From a virus: a DNA stretch of 64,000 nt. This document shows, piece by piece, positions 45,598 to 55,152 of the stretch. The notes under the pieces are model-generated. The model had not been told where the DNA came from. It saw only the letters and a program-made list of their open reading frames with translations, and did no database searches. Location of the stretch: IMG/VR virus record IMGVR_UViG_3300045988_120048, positions 1 to 64,000 of that record; one strand, 5' to 3'. The position numbers and the translations under genes were made by a program. Numbering within the stretch: position 1 is the first letter of the stretch; every line of letters starts with the position of its first letter.

Positions 45598-46215
45598 TTG
45601 AAAAATTTAACTTTAACACTAGAAGAAGAAATATCTATACTCAGTAAGTATAGAATAACCCCAAATGAGCTGATGTTTATCAGAACTTTACTGTTGCTTC
45701 AGGATGAAGAGAATGAAGATATATTCAAATCATACATAGAAGCATTATATAAATGTGAAGTGAAAACTAGGGAGGTTATTCTATCTTTACAGAGTAAAGG
45801 AATTATTCTAAAGAGTTTTCATTGTCCAAAGGAAGGAGAAGCTTTTGATCCATATTCTATACCATTTAATAAGAACTTTATAAAGAATCTTTATAGATGT
45901 TCTTTTGAAATGGGAAAGGAATTGTTTGAAGCATATCCTCAATTTGGAATTATAGGAACCTCCACGGTTCCGTTAAGAACTGTAGCTAAAAAGTTTGATT
46001 CATTAGAAGAAGCTTATTTTAGATATGGCAAAAGCATTAAGTGGAATGAAGAAAAACATAATCAAATCATTGAATTAGTTAGATGGGCGAAAGATAATAA
46101 TATTATTAACTGTAGTCTAGCTAGCTTTATTGTTAATCAGGGATGGATTGATCTAGAAGCCCTTAAGAAGGGAGATGGCGCTAATGTTAATTTTGACGCA
46201 ATTAAGTTGGTATGA
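45598..46215 (+). CDS. hypothetical protein
   Basis: ORF track, 205 aa. Confidence 0.45.
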   Translation: MKNLTLTLEEEISILSKYRITPNELMFIRTLLLLQDEENEDIFKSYIEALYKCEVKTREVILSLQSKGIILKSFHCPKEGEAFDPYSIPFNKNFIKNLYRCSFEMGKELFEAYPQFGIIGTSTVPLRTVAKKFDSLEEAYFRYGKSIKWNEEKHNQIIELVRWAKDNNIINCSLASFIVNQGWIDLEALKKGDGANVNFDAIKLV

Positions 46216-47315
46216 TAACTGGTAGAGAAGAGTTTTTTAACCTAGTTCGTGAAGGACGAGAGGGTAAGAATATTGGCTTATCTGTAGGTTCTAAAAGATT
46301 AGAAAGCTTTATAGATGGCTATTTACCAGGAACTAGCTACTTGATAGGTGCTGCGTCTGGTGTAGGTAAATCAACCTATGCTCTATGGACATTTGTATAT
46401 CAGCCACTTATTCACTTTCTTGATGGAGAGTGTCCGGAGAGAGATCCAAGATGGCTTCTCTTTAGTCTAGAGATGACTAGAAGTCAAGTATATGCAAAAC
46501 TAGTATCCATGTACATTATGGATAAGTTTGGAGTAGAACTCAGATATAAGGAGATGTTCTCTAGAGGTAAAGATTGTATCCTATCTGATGATAGGTATGA
46601 ACTTCTAGAGAAAGCTTCTGAATTTATGGATGTACTTGATGAAAGACTAACCTTTTACGAGGGGAGTCTAACTGAGGCAGTATATCTTAGAGAAGTCGAA
46701 AAAGAACTCAGAAAGTATGGAGAATTTACGGAGGATGGTTATATCCCTAATAATCCTCAACAGATTCTTGGAGTTCTTGTGGATCACTTTACTCTCGTTA
46801 AAGCAACTTCTGGAAGATCTAAGAAAGAGGAAATAGATGCAATTTCTAGAGACTCTGTAATGCTTAGAAATAAAACTAAGATTATGAGTCCTATTCATAT
46901 TGCTCAGTTTAATAGAGATTCTAATAATCAAGAAAGAATGAAGCAAGGATTGCAAGATCCTTCCTCTAATGATTTCAAGGATAGTGGTGCTCTCTATGAG
47001 GATAGTCAAGTAGTTCTTGCACTATTTAGTCCTCATAAATATAAGCTCTCATCTTATAGGAAGTACGATATTAAGACGTTGGAACAATGTTTCATAGGTC
47101 TATTCCTTTTAAAGAGTAGATTTGGTACTTCCGACATAATGGTTCCTCTAGGTTATTATGGTGATAGTTCTCACTATATAGAATTACCTAAACCTGATGA
47201 AATATTTGATTATGAAAAATATAAAAGTCCAGAATGGGCTTTGGAAGAGCAGCAAGATAACGTAAAGATAGAAGATGATAATAAAACTATTCAAAAATCT
47301 AAATTTACATTATAA
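46212..47315 (+). CDS. DnaB-family replicative helicase (C-terminal RecA-like domain)
   Basis: Walker A GAASGVGKST, then LLFSLEMT (H1a-like) and the DnaB-like layout. Confidence 0.65.
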   Translation: MITGREEFFNLVREGREGKNIGLSVGSKRLESFIDGYLPGTSYLIGAASGVGKSTYALWTFVYQPLIHFLDGECPERDPRWLLFSLEMTRSQVYAKLVSMYIMDKFGVELRYKEMFSRGKDCILSDDRYELLEKASEFMDVLDERLTFYEGSLTEAVYLREVEKELRKYGEFTEDGYIPNNPQQILGVLVDHFTLVKATSGRSKKEEIDAISRDSVMLRNKTKIMSPIHIAQFNRDSNNQERMKQGLQDPSSNDFKDSGALYEDSQVVLALFSPHKYKLSSYRKYDIKTLEQCFIGLFLLKSRFGTSDIMVPLGYYGDSSHYIELPKPDEIFDYEKYKSPEWALEEQQDNVKIEDDNKTIQKSKFTL

Positions 47316-47599
47316 TGGCTGAATTAATAGCAATCGTCGGTGAAAGTGGAAGTGGTAAAACTTCAAGTGTTAGAAATCTTGACCCAGCAAAGACCTTTAT
47401 CATATCAACAACTGGTAAGCGTCCTGGAATTAAGGGAGCTAACAAGAAATATCCTTCTTTCACTGTTCAGGATGGAAAAGTTTCTGGCAATTTCTTTGCC
47501 TCTGCAAATGTTGATCAAATCGGTAAGGTATTACAGATTATTGACAAGAAAATGCCGCACATTACAACTGTCGTCATAGACGATAAACAAATCTTTTAA
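47315..47599 (+). CDS. Sak4-like / AAA_24 phage ATPase, 5' exon
   Basis: Walker A GESGSGKTS and Walker B TVVIDD; ORF stops before a LAGLIDADG gene and the same protein family resumes at 48691. Confidence 0.55.
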   Translation: MAELIAIVGESGSGKTSSVRNLDPAKTFIISTTGKRPGIKGANKKYPSFTVQDGKVSGNFFASANVDQIGKVLQIIDKKMPHITTVVIDDKQIF

Positions 47600-48690
47600 A
47601 ACACATTAGATATTTTGAGAACCCACGAAATATTATTATATTTATATCATAATAATTAACTTAATTTATTTTTGATATGAATAGAAAATATAACGATTCT
47701 CAAATCATTGAATTACATTCTGCTGGTCTTACAGACCGAGAAATTGCTGAAACTCTTGGTGTATCTCCTAATAATCTTGCTACTAAGAGAAGGAAATTGG
47801 GACTTACTCCAAATAAAAGTAAGAGAGACACATATAAATTAACAAAGAAAGAATTAGAAATTTTAGTAGGAACCATATTAGGAGATTCTACTATTAGGTA
47901 TGTGCACAGTCAGTGCAAATATCCAAATCTAACTTTTTCACATGGACTTAACCAAAAGGAGTACTTCGATTGGCTTACTGATAAGTTATCTAATCTGAGA
48001 TCTTCCATCGGAAAATATAATTCTAAGTATATTAGAACAAACGGGGAAATCGCTGAAAGATTAGTTTATACAGGAAGTAATATGTTCTGTTTGAAAGAAC
48101 TTCGTGACGTTTTTTATACGAAAGAGGGAAAGAAAATTATCCCCATTGAGTATATCAAGAGTATCTTCTCTGAATTAAGTCTATATTGTTTATTTATGGA
48201 CGATGGAAGTTATGATATTAGAAGCAATAGCTATATAATTAATACACAATGTTTTTCTAGAGAAAATCTCGAAGAATTTGTATGTTTATTACATAACAAA
48301 TTTGGGCTTGATTTTAGTATTAAGTCTGATAATTGTCTATATCTAAAGCATTCGTCAAATGAACAAATGTATAAAATCCTTACTTCAGTAAATGAATGTA
48401 AATCAATGGACTACAAATGTGGTAGTCGTCGTAAAACTCCGTTAAACGGGGAAACCCCAGAAATGGACAATCCCGTGCTAAACCCTCAAGAAATTGAGGA
48501 AAATGCCGATCGACTAGAGGTGATGCCAAATAAGTAATGTTGTGGCTATAAAATCCTCCACGAAAGCGGGGCACTACTCAAAGTACAGTTCGAGAGAATA
48601 GGAAATGAGCCAAAGATATAGTCAGGACTATATAGTAATATATAGAACTGGAGGATAAAGAGCCTTCAGGATAACATATCGTTCCAGTAT
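47600..48690 (+). mobile_element. group I intron carrying a LAGLIDADG homing endonuclease, splitting the Sak4-like ATPase gene
   Basis: P/Q-like element TAAACGGGGAAACCCCAGAAATGGACAATCCCGTGCTAAAC at 48444-48485 (homologous copy in the ligase intron at 63790), S element AAGATATAGTC at about 48608, R-like GTTCGAGAGAATAG at about 48586. Confidence 0.65.
47677..48537 (+). CDS. LAGLIDADG homing endonuclease with N-terminal HTH
   Basis: Motifs ILVGTILGDSTI and LYCLFMDDGSY; N-terminal HTH (LTDREIAETLGVSPNNL). Confidence 0.7.
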   Translation: MNRKYNDSQIIELHSAGLTDREIAETLGVSPNNLATKRRKLGLTPNKSKRDTYKLTKKELEILVGTILGDSTIRYVHSQCKYPNLTFSHGLNQKEYFDWLTDKLSNLRSSIGKYNSKYIRTNGEIAERLVYTGSNMFCLKELRDVFYTKEGKKIIPIEYIKSIFSELSLYCLFMDDGSYDIRSNSYIINTQCFSRENLEEFVCLLHNKFGLDFSIKSDNCLYLKHSSNEQMYKILTSVNECKSMDYKCGSRRKTPLNGETPEMDNPVLNPQEIEENADRLEVMPNK

Positions 48691-49104
48691 GTGATGGGCT
48701 TTGAGGCAATGGATAGAGCTAAGGAGAAGAGCTATGATAAATTTACTGATATGGCACAGCATGCGTATCAGGTATTGAAGTCTGCAATGAACATGCGTGA
48801 CGACTTAAATGTTGTAGTCTCTACTCATAGTGAAAACATGGGTGATAGAGTGTCTCCTTATTACAAAATGAAGACTCTCGGAAAGATGTTGGATTCTGTG
48901 ATTACTCTGGAAGGTTTGTTTACTTATGTGTTCTTCACCACTATACAGCGCGATGAGGACAATAAGCCTTCATATAAGTTTATCACTAATTCTGATGGTA
49001 CTTGTACTGCTAAGTCTCCAATGGGATTATTTAACGATATTTATATCGATAATGATCTTGATTATGTAGTAAAACGTATTAAGGAATATAACGAGGAAGA
49101 CTAA
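48691..49104 (+). CDS. Sak4-like ATPase, 3' exon
   Basis: Continuation of the AAA_24-like protein after the intron. Confidence 0.5.
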   Translation: MMGFEAMDRAKEKSYDKFTDMAQHAYQVLKSAMNMRDDLNVVVSTHSENMGDRVSPYYKMKTLGKMLDSVITLEGLFTYVFFTTIQRDEDNKPSYKFITNSDGTCTAKSPMGLFNDIYIDNDLDYVVKRIKEYNEED

Positions 49105-49703
49105 TGCCTACTGTAAAAGAAACTTTTATCCTAAGTCTAACCTATGAAATGTCGGTGGACACAGAAACCGGCGAAGTGTTAGAAACCAAGCTTATTGACA
49201 GGAGTGTTAATAAGCCAGTTAAAGCAATGAAAGCAACTGCAAATGAAGCAGTGCAAGATGATGATAAAGAGCCAAAACTTTATTTGGAAGATAACAAGTG
49301 TAGACTTAACTCTAAGGCTGTATCCCTTATGGGGATTAGCCCAGGAGATAAGTTAGACATCAAGTATGATGATGGAAAGAATGGTTCAGTTCCTATCATT
49401 GGAACTGATGAGGCTTTTGGTACGAAGGGAGGTAATAAACTGACTAAGTCAAATACCATAGCCTGCAGAGGTAGCAAGAATGAAGAACTTTCCAAATATG
49501 GAAAGGAATTTGTTCTAGCTGTACACCCATCGAAAGCCGGATTATTCGTACTTACTTCTGAAGAGATGGCTGTAGATCAATTAGTTGGAGATGACAATGT
49601 TAACATTGATACTCCAGAAGGGATAGATCTTAATTTAGAAGGATTAGTAGATGACAAAGATGCAAATGTAAGTTCTATAGATACAAACTTCTTTAAACTT
49701 TAA
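49104..49703 (+). CDS. hypothetical protein
   Basis: ORF track, 199 aa. Confidence 0.45.
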   Translation: MPTVKETFILSLTYEMSVDTETGEVLETKLIDRSVNKPVKAMKATANEAVQDDDKEPKLYLEDNKCRLNSKAVSLMGISPGDKLDIKYDDGKNGSVPIIGTDEAFGTKGGNKLTKSNTIACRGSKNEELSKYGKEFVLAVHPSKAGLFVLTSEEMAVDQLVGDDNVNIDTPEGIDLNLEGLVDDKDANVSSIDTNFFKL

Positions 49704-49715
49704 TTTGTAAATATT

Positions 49716-50423
49716 ATGTCAGAATTTAATTTTGGTAGTCTCGCAACAACACAAGCAACTTCTAATGTACAGCAGCGTCTTAAACCTTGGGGAATTTATC
49801 CTGTAAAGTTCTCAGGAGCTCGCAAGGAAACTATTAAGGGTAAGAAAGACCCTAATGCAGTTTATGAAATTCTTAAGGTCCGTTTTGACGGAGCTGACGG
49901 ATATTATGAAGAGTCTATCTTTTATCCTAAGGATGGAGACGAAAAACGTCCTACTTATACAAGTAAAGAAGGTCATGAATATCAGGGAGCATCTTCTTTT
50001 GATAGAACAATGACCTTTATTGCACAGGTAGCAGAGGTTCTCAATCCAGAAGGGTTCAAAAAGATGCAGGCAGCTAGTGCTAAGTTTAGATCTTTTGATG
50101 ATGTAGTTACTGCATTCATAAAGATTACTGACAGCGCCAAAGGTAAGGAAACTAATCTCAAACTTGTAGGAAGAACACAAAACGGAAACGTTGTAGCAAG
50201 TCTTCCTAAGTTTGTTGCAATAAATAAGAATGGAGAGAAGTTTACCTGTGATAACTTCGTGGGTGATAAGCTTTTCTTCTCTGCTTATGAAGAGTCTAAA
50301 AAGGCAGAATATCTGAATGCCAAGCCAACTAACATGGATAGTGGTGAAAATTCTACTATTGCCAAGGAAGTTGATAGCAAAGCAGCAGGTTCTGAAGATA
50401 TAGACTTCGAATCATTGCTTTAA
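49716..50423 (+). CDS. hypothetical protein (possibly ssDNA-binding; unverified)
   Basis: ORF track, 235 aa; sits among replication genes. Confidence 0.4.
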   Translation: MSEFNFGSLATTQATSNVQQRLKPWGIYPVKFSGARKETIKGKKDPNAVYEILKVRFDGADGYYEESIFYPKDGDEKRPTYTSKEGHEYQGASSFDRTMTFIAQVAEVLNPEGFKKMQAASAKFRSFDDVVTAFIKITDSAKGKETNLKLVGRTQNGNVVASLPKFVAINKNGEKFTCDNFVGDKLFFSAYEESKKAEYLNAKPTNMDSGENSTIAKEVDSKAAGSEDIDFESLL

Positions 50424-50515
50424 TAAGAATTGAGAGGTATCTACTGTGATAGTAGGTATCTCTATTTTGGTTTTTACTAGAAATTTAGTATTTTTGTGTT
50501 CTAAACACAATTATT

Positions 50516-51526
50516 ATGGACTTCTCGTTTCAACCAAAAATTACTAAAGAATTAATTTTATCTAGGTTCTCTGAGGAGCAACTTATGGAATACTACTTGC
50601 ACATTCCAGTTAAGAAGGGGCTATTTCGCTCTCCTCTAAGGAGAGATAAGCAACCAACTTGTAGTTTCTATAGGAACAAGTCTGGAACATTAATATTTAA
50701 GGATTTTGCAACTGGACAGCATTTGAACATATTTGATGTAGTCCAATCTATCTTTAGATGTGACTATTTCGAGTCACTTAGAATCATTGCTAATGACTTT
50801 GGAATTGTTCGAGATAATGCTCTACATAAGAATCCAGGTAAGATTAATTTAAATCCTATTAAGATTAAAGATAAAGAGATATCAAAGATTCAAATTGAGG
50901 TGCAGGAATTTACAGACAGTGAACTTAAATGGTGGGGAAAATATGGAATCTCCAAGGACATCTTAAAGCGCTTTAATGTATATTCATGTAAGCATGTCTT
51001 TCTAAATGATCAATTATTTGCTGAATCACAGCAGCACTGCCCTATATTCGGGTATTATGGCAAGAAGTATCAGGGTCTTGAGCTATGGAGATGCTATTTT
51101 CCAAAGAGAACTTCTTTTAGGTTTATAACGAATTGGCCTAGTAAGAAAATTCAGGGCTATGACCAGCTGCCAAAGAAAGGAAAGCTACTAGTGATTACTA
51201 AATCAATGAAGGATAGCATGTGTCTCTACTCCTGTGGAATAACTGCATGTGCCCCGAATAGTGAAAATCTATTTATTCCTGACAAGGTTTTGGAGGACTT
51301 AAAGAATCGTTTCGAGAACATTGTAGTTCTATATGACAACGATAGACCAGGCTTATATAATATGGCTAAGATTCGGAAAGAACATCCAGAGCTTACTTAC
51401 ATATTTATTCCTAAGAGGTATGGAAGTAAGGATATATCAGATTTTTATAAAGATCATGGAAGAAAGGAAACACTCAATTTAATAAAAACATTTATATTAT
51501 GGTTAAAAGAACATAGACAGAATTAG
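50516..51526 (+). CDS. DNA primase (zinc-binding domain plus TOPRIM-like domain)
   Basis: CSFYRNKSGTLIFKDFATGQHLNIFD resembles the DnaG zinc-ribbon region; LYDNDRPG is a TOPRIM-like acidic motif. Confidence 0.6.
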   Translation: MDFSFQPKITKELILSRFSEEQLMEYYLHIPVKKGLFRSPLRRDKQPTCSFYRNKSGTLIFKDFATGQHLNIFDVVQSIFRCDYFESLRIIANDFGIVRDNALHKNPGKINLNPIKIKDKEISKIQIEVQEFTDSELKWWGKYGISKDILKRFNVYSCKHVFLNDQLFAESQQHCPIFGYYGKKYQGLELWRCYFPKRTSFRFITNWPSKKIQGYDQLPKKGKLLVITKSMKDSMCLYSCGITACAPNSENLFIPDKVLEDLKNRFENIVVLYDNDRPGLYNMAKIRKEHPELTYIFIPKRYGSKDISDFYKDHGRKETLNLIKTFILWLKEHRQN

Positions 51527-51756
51527 ACACATCTGTAAGGGCAACTTTCAAGGATGGAACTTCTAAAGACTTTACATCTATAGAGGAGGCTAGTGATGGT
51601 ACAGGAATATCTGTTGCAGCTATTAAGATTAGATGTAATAAGCCTGGAACTGGTGGAAAAGACAAAACCACCTTTGAATGGTTAAATGATACTACTGCTA
51701 GACACTATAGAGCCAAGAAATCCAAGAACAAGGGAGCAGGCTTAGAAGCAGAAGTT

Positions 51757-52068
51757 GTGAATAAACTAAAGGAGATTGGTTATGGCGGGGTATGTAGAGC
51801 TGCTGGAGAGTCTAAGAATTTAGACGCTTCTAAGGTCGATATCGCAGATATTAACCATGAACTTGAGGTAGCCATTCAGTGCAAGCACTATGCTAAATTT
51901 CCGAATTACTTTGACATAAAAGATGAGTGTACAGATCCTCGTGACTTTGTCTTAGTTTGGAAGAAATCAGCCCAAGCAGGAGAGAACAGTAAAGGAACAG
52001 TAGCTGTTCTTGATATAGACTTTTTTTATAAGTTGTTAAAAACTTACCATGAATATGGAAACAAATAA
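51757..52068 (+). CDS. hypothetical protein
   Basis: ORF track. Confidence 0.4.
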   Translation: MNKLKEIGYGGVCRAAGESKNLDASKVDIADINHELEVAIQCKHYAKFPNYFDIKDECTDPRDFVLVWKKSAQAGENSKGTVAVLDIDFFYKLLKTYHEYGNK

Positions 52069-52304
52069 TGTTCATGGTCTAAAAGACCGGGACAAGTAAT
52101 GAATAAATATATAATTCCAGTATGTAATATCTCAAATTCAAAGGTGTATAACCTTAGGATAATCGCAAATTCTAATGCTGATTGTCAGGACAAAATTATG
52201 GAAAAATTTGCAGACTATTCCGAATGTGATTCCTACCGTGATTTCATTAAAGATTTGAATAGCCAGGATATTCTTATTGGAGCAATAACTGATATAGAAG
52301 AATT

Positions 52305-52838
52305 ATGAGATTACGAATAGGACTAGATATTGATGATACAGTCTGTGATTTTATAAATCCTTATTTGAAGCGCTTTGGCACTCCCCATAAGGATAGTGAG
52401 ATCACCAGAAATGTAAACAGGATCCTTATAAAGGATAGAGAATTTTGGTTAAATCTTCCGGTTATCAACCGTCCAGACTTTATGCCTGCTTTGTATTGTA
52501 CTAAGAGAGTACATTCTAAAGCTTGGTCTAAGAAGTTTTTGGAATTGAATGATTTGCCAATAGCTCCTATATATCAGGTTTACTGTCAGGTATCTAGTAA
52601 AGCACCTAGGATTAAAGGTAGGGTTGATGTTTTCGTTGATGATAGTATCTCAAATTTCATTGACCTTAACTTGCATGGAATACCCTGCTTGCTAATGGAT
52701 GCTAAGCATAATAGAAAGTGGGGTCCAGTTGGAAGGATCTTTAGTCTTAGAGAAGAAGAAATAGAGGATTGTTATAATCTATTCTTAGATACACTATATC
52801 CTAACTTTAAAGATTTAGTATATGATAAGTTTGGCTGA
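52305..52838 (+). CDS. HAD-family 5'(3')-deoxyribonucleotidase-like phosphatase
   Basis: Motif I GLDIDDTVCDF. Confidence 0.5.
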   Translation: MRLRIGLDIDDTVCDFINPYLKRFGTPHKDSEITRNVNRILIKDREFWLNLPVINRPDFMPALYCTKRVHSKAWSKKFLELNDLPIAPIYQVYCQVSSKAPRIKGRVDVFVDDSISNFIDLNLHGIPCLLMDAKHNRKWGPVGRIFSLREEEIEDCYNLFLDTLYPNFKDLVYDKFG

Positions 52839-53862
52839 TTTAAATCAGATTCAGATTATACCTCTATTGGATACTTTAAGGTTGCAGAAGATAGACGATG
52901 TAGAGTATTTTAGTGAGAAATACAATAGCTACATAAGCAATTCTAGACTGTCTCTTATAAATCCAGATCAAGACAATGATCCTAAGGCTTTCTTTGAGGG
53001 GTTTGGAAAACACAACAAGTACAGTGATGCCTTAATATTTGGTAGTGCTGTTCATGAACTTACTCTTCAGCCAGAGTTCTTCCACATGTGTACAAGTGTG
53101 GATAGACCTACTGCCAAAGCAGGTTTTATGGCGGATGAACTCTTCGAAGAGTATAAGAAAAATCCTTCTTTAAGCTCAGATGCTCTTATAAGAGCTTCTG
53201 ATAAAGTTGATTATTACAAGGGCAAATTTGATAAAGAGAAACAAGATGCCCTGCTCTCAAAGTGTTCAGACTATTGGGAGGGCAGACAGGAATATGAATC
53301 TTCTCCTTTAAATAGCACCCCAATTTATTTGGATGCTAAGGGTAGAGAAAGAGTTTTACAGTGTGTAAGAGCTTTAAAGGAAAACGAGAGTATCCAGAAG
53401 CTACTTCATCCTGAAGGACTCTTGGAAGATCCTATTTCCGAGAATGAGCAAGCAATTTTGCTTGATGTCAAAGTTATAGTTCCAGGATGTGATCCTTTCG
53501 TGTTAAAGCTAAAGGCTAAACTTGATAACTATACTATTGACAAAGAAACTAATACTATTGTAGTTAATGATGTCAAGACTATTGGGAAAATAGTTTCAGA
53601 ATTTCCTGACAATTTTAAGAGGTTTCACTATCATCGGGAGTTATCCTTGTACAGCTGGATGTTATCTCTTGTAGCTAAGAAGCATTATGGTATGGAGAAT
53701 TGTACAATTCGTTCCAACTGTTTAGTTGTATCTACCATACCAAAGTATTACACTAAGGTATATGAAGTTACCAAAGCTGACTTTACAAGAGGGTGGGAAG
53801 AATTTAAAGCTCTTCTAAGGCTTGTAGCCCACTATTATAATAAAGGATATAGGTTCGTCTAA
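52822..53862 (+). CDS. hypothetical protein (possible PD-(D/E)XK nuclease; weak)
   Basis: ORF track, 346 aa; VNDVKT could be an (D/E)xK motif. Confidence 0.35.
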   Translation: MISLADLNQIQIIPLLDTLRLQKIDDVEYFSEKYNSYISNSRLSLINPDQDNDPKAFFEGFGKHNKYSDALIFGSAVHELTLQPEFFHMCTSVDRPTAKAGFMADELFEEYKKNPSLSSDALIRASDKVDYYKGKFDKEKQDALLSKCSDYWEGRQEYESSPLNSTPIYLDAKGRERVLQCVRALKENESIQKLLHPEGLLEDPISENEQAILLDVKVIVPGCDPFVLKLKAKLDNYTIDKETNTIVVNDVKTIGKIVSEFPDNFKRFHYHRELSLYSWMLSLVAKKHYGMENCTIRSNCLVVSTIPKYYTKVYEVTKADFTRGWEEFKALLRLVAHYYNKGYRFV

Positions 53863-54215
53863 TGGATATTGCCATGGATGTTATAACCACTCCCCCGTAC
53901 CAAGATATGCAGCGGTTATATAACCGTTACTACTCGTTGGGATATTTAGAAACGGACATAAATGCTAAATTTGCATTGATTTCCCTTATAGGGTATCTAA
54001 CTTTTAAGCTAAAGCAAAAGAAGCCAGATGTAACTGCTTATCAGGTTATAAGAAAGATAGTTGAAGACAGCTTACCAGAAGACTTCATAAAAGGAATTGC
54101 GGTGGTTGTAGAAGACTTTTCTTATGGCTGTAAAAGCTTCCCTACATTTGGTATAAACGACAAAGATATTCCTAATAAAATAAAGGAAATTTTGTCAACA
54201 TATGTTCCGTTTTAA
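53862..54215 (+). CDS. hypothetical protein
   Basis: ORF track. Confidence 0.4.
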   Translation: MDIAMDVITTPPYQDMQRLYNRYYSLGYLETDINAKFALISLIGYLTFKLKQKKPDVTAYQVIRKIVEDSLPEDFIKGIAVVVEDFSYGCKSFPTFGINDKDIPNKIKEILSTYVPF

Positions 54216-54493
54216 TTATAAGTAGGTAGATTCATTTATTTTGTGCAGATAATTTTGTTAACATTTGTTAACAATAAAATAGTCACTTTTCGTTTGCATA
54301 GGTTGAGTAATATATTATATTTGCTTTACCAAAGTCAACGAAAGAAGATGAGGTAAAATTTAGAGCTTAAGATAAACTTTACAAATTATTGTTTTGATGA
54401 TTCAATAAAGAATAGTATATTTGTAATGTTAGATGAAAGATGTTGATACGAATTAATGTTTTTGATTTTAAACTTTTTAAATTTTATTGAATT
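54216..54493. promoter_or_regulatory. AT-rich intergenic region with direct repeat TTGTTAACA x2 (palindromic GTTAAC cores); candidate promoter/operator or origin-proximal region
   Basis: TTTGTTAACATTTGTTAACAATAAA at about 54255-54280; about 280 nt without ORF between two gene blocks. Confidence 0.3.
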
Positions 54494-55045
54494 ATGACAC
54501 AAATTATGAATTTTAAGAGAATGGAAGTAACTGGAGCAACTAAGGATGAAGCACTTGCAAAGGCTCCTTTTGACATTATGGGTGATGCTACACAGGCTTA
54601 CAAAATCTGGAAGAAAAAGCAGGTAAACGGTGTAACTGACGCTGACAAGAAGCAGTTTATGCTTGATTATCTTTCTAAGAAATCTAAGAATGTTGCTGGC
54701 GTAGGATTCTCAATCACATTGGAGTCAGCCGTTGCTGATAGCCGTGAGCGTCCTTATAGTATTCACGACAAGAAAAATGAGTCTGGTGCTCGTAAGTACA
54801 AGACTACTTATCAGTTGATTGATAAGACTACTGGTTCAGTTATTGCTGAAACAAACGAAACTAAGGCTAAGGCTAAGGAAATTGCTAAGAATTTGTATGT
54901 AGATAAGGGCTTTAAGGGCAACATTATCTGCACATATACAAAGCAGGTAGTTGATGGCGAGCCAATCGCATTTGAAGCTGAGTATACTCCTTCAAAGAGT
55001 TCTCGTGTTGGTAGTTATCTTGTATTCGGAGTTGAAAGAGGTTAA
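54494..55045 (+). CDS. hypothetical protein
   Basis: ORF track, 183 aa; followed by hairpin GGGCAGTTGTTGAGAAACGACTGCCC plus T-run (terminator-like) at about 55069-55100. Confidence 0.45.
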   Translation: MTQIMNFKRMEVTGATKDEALAKAPFDIMGDATQAYKIWKKKQVNGVTDADKKQFMLDYLSKKSKNVAGVGFSITLESAVADSRERPYSIHDKKNESGARKYKTTYQLIDKTTGSVIAETNETKAKAKEIAKNLYVDKGFKGNIICTYTKQVVDGEPIAFEAEYTPSKSSRVGSYLVFGVERG

Positions 55046-55068
55046 TTCCATATCTAAATCCTATATTA

Positions 55069-55102
55069 AGGGCAGTTGTTGAGAAACGACTGCCCGTTTT
55101 TT
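55069..55102 (+). terminator. rho-independent terminator-like hairpin plus T-run
   Basis: GGGCAGTTG...CGACTGCCC stem followed by GTTTTTTTTTT. Confidence 0.5.
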
Positions 55103-55152
55103 TTTTATAGCATAATAGCTTAATATAAAATTGAATAAATCAATTAAAAATA

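Noticed and set aside
47340-47579. Track ORF overlapping the Sak4-like ATPase exon in another frame
   Set aside because: It is fully nested within the ATPase exon that carries Walker A/B motifs; no independent support.
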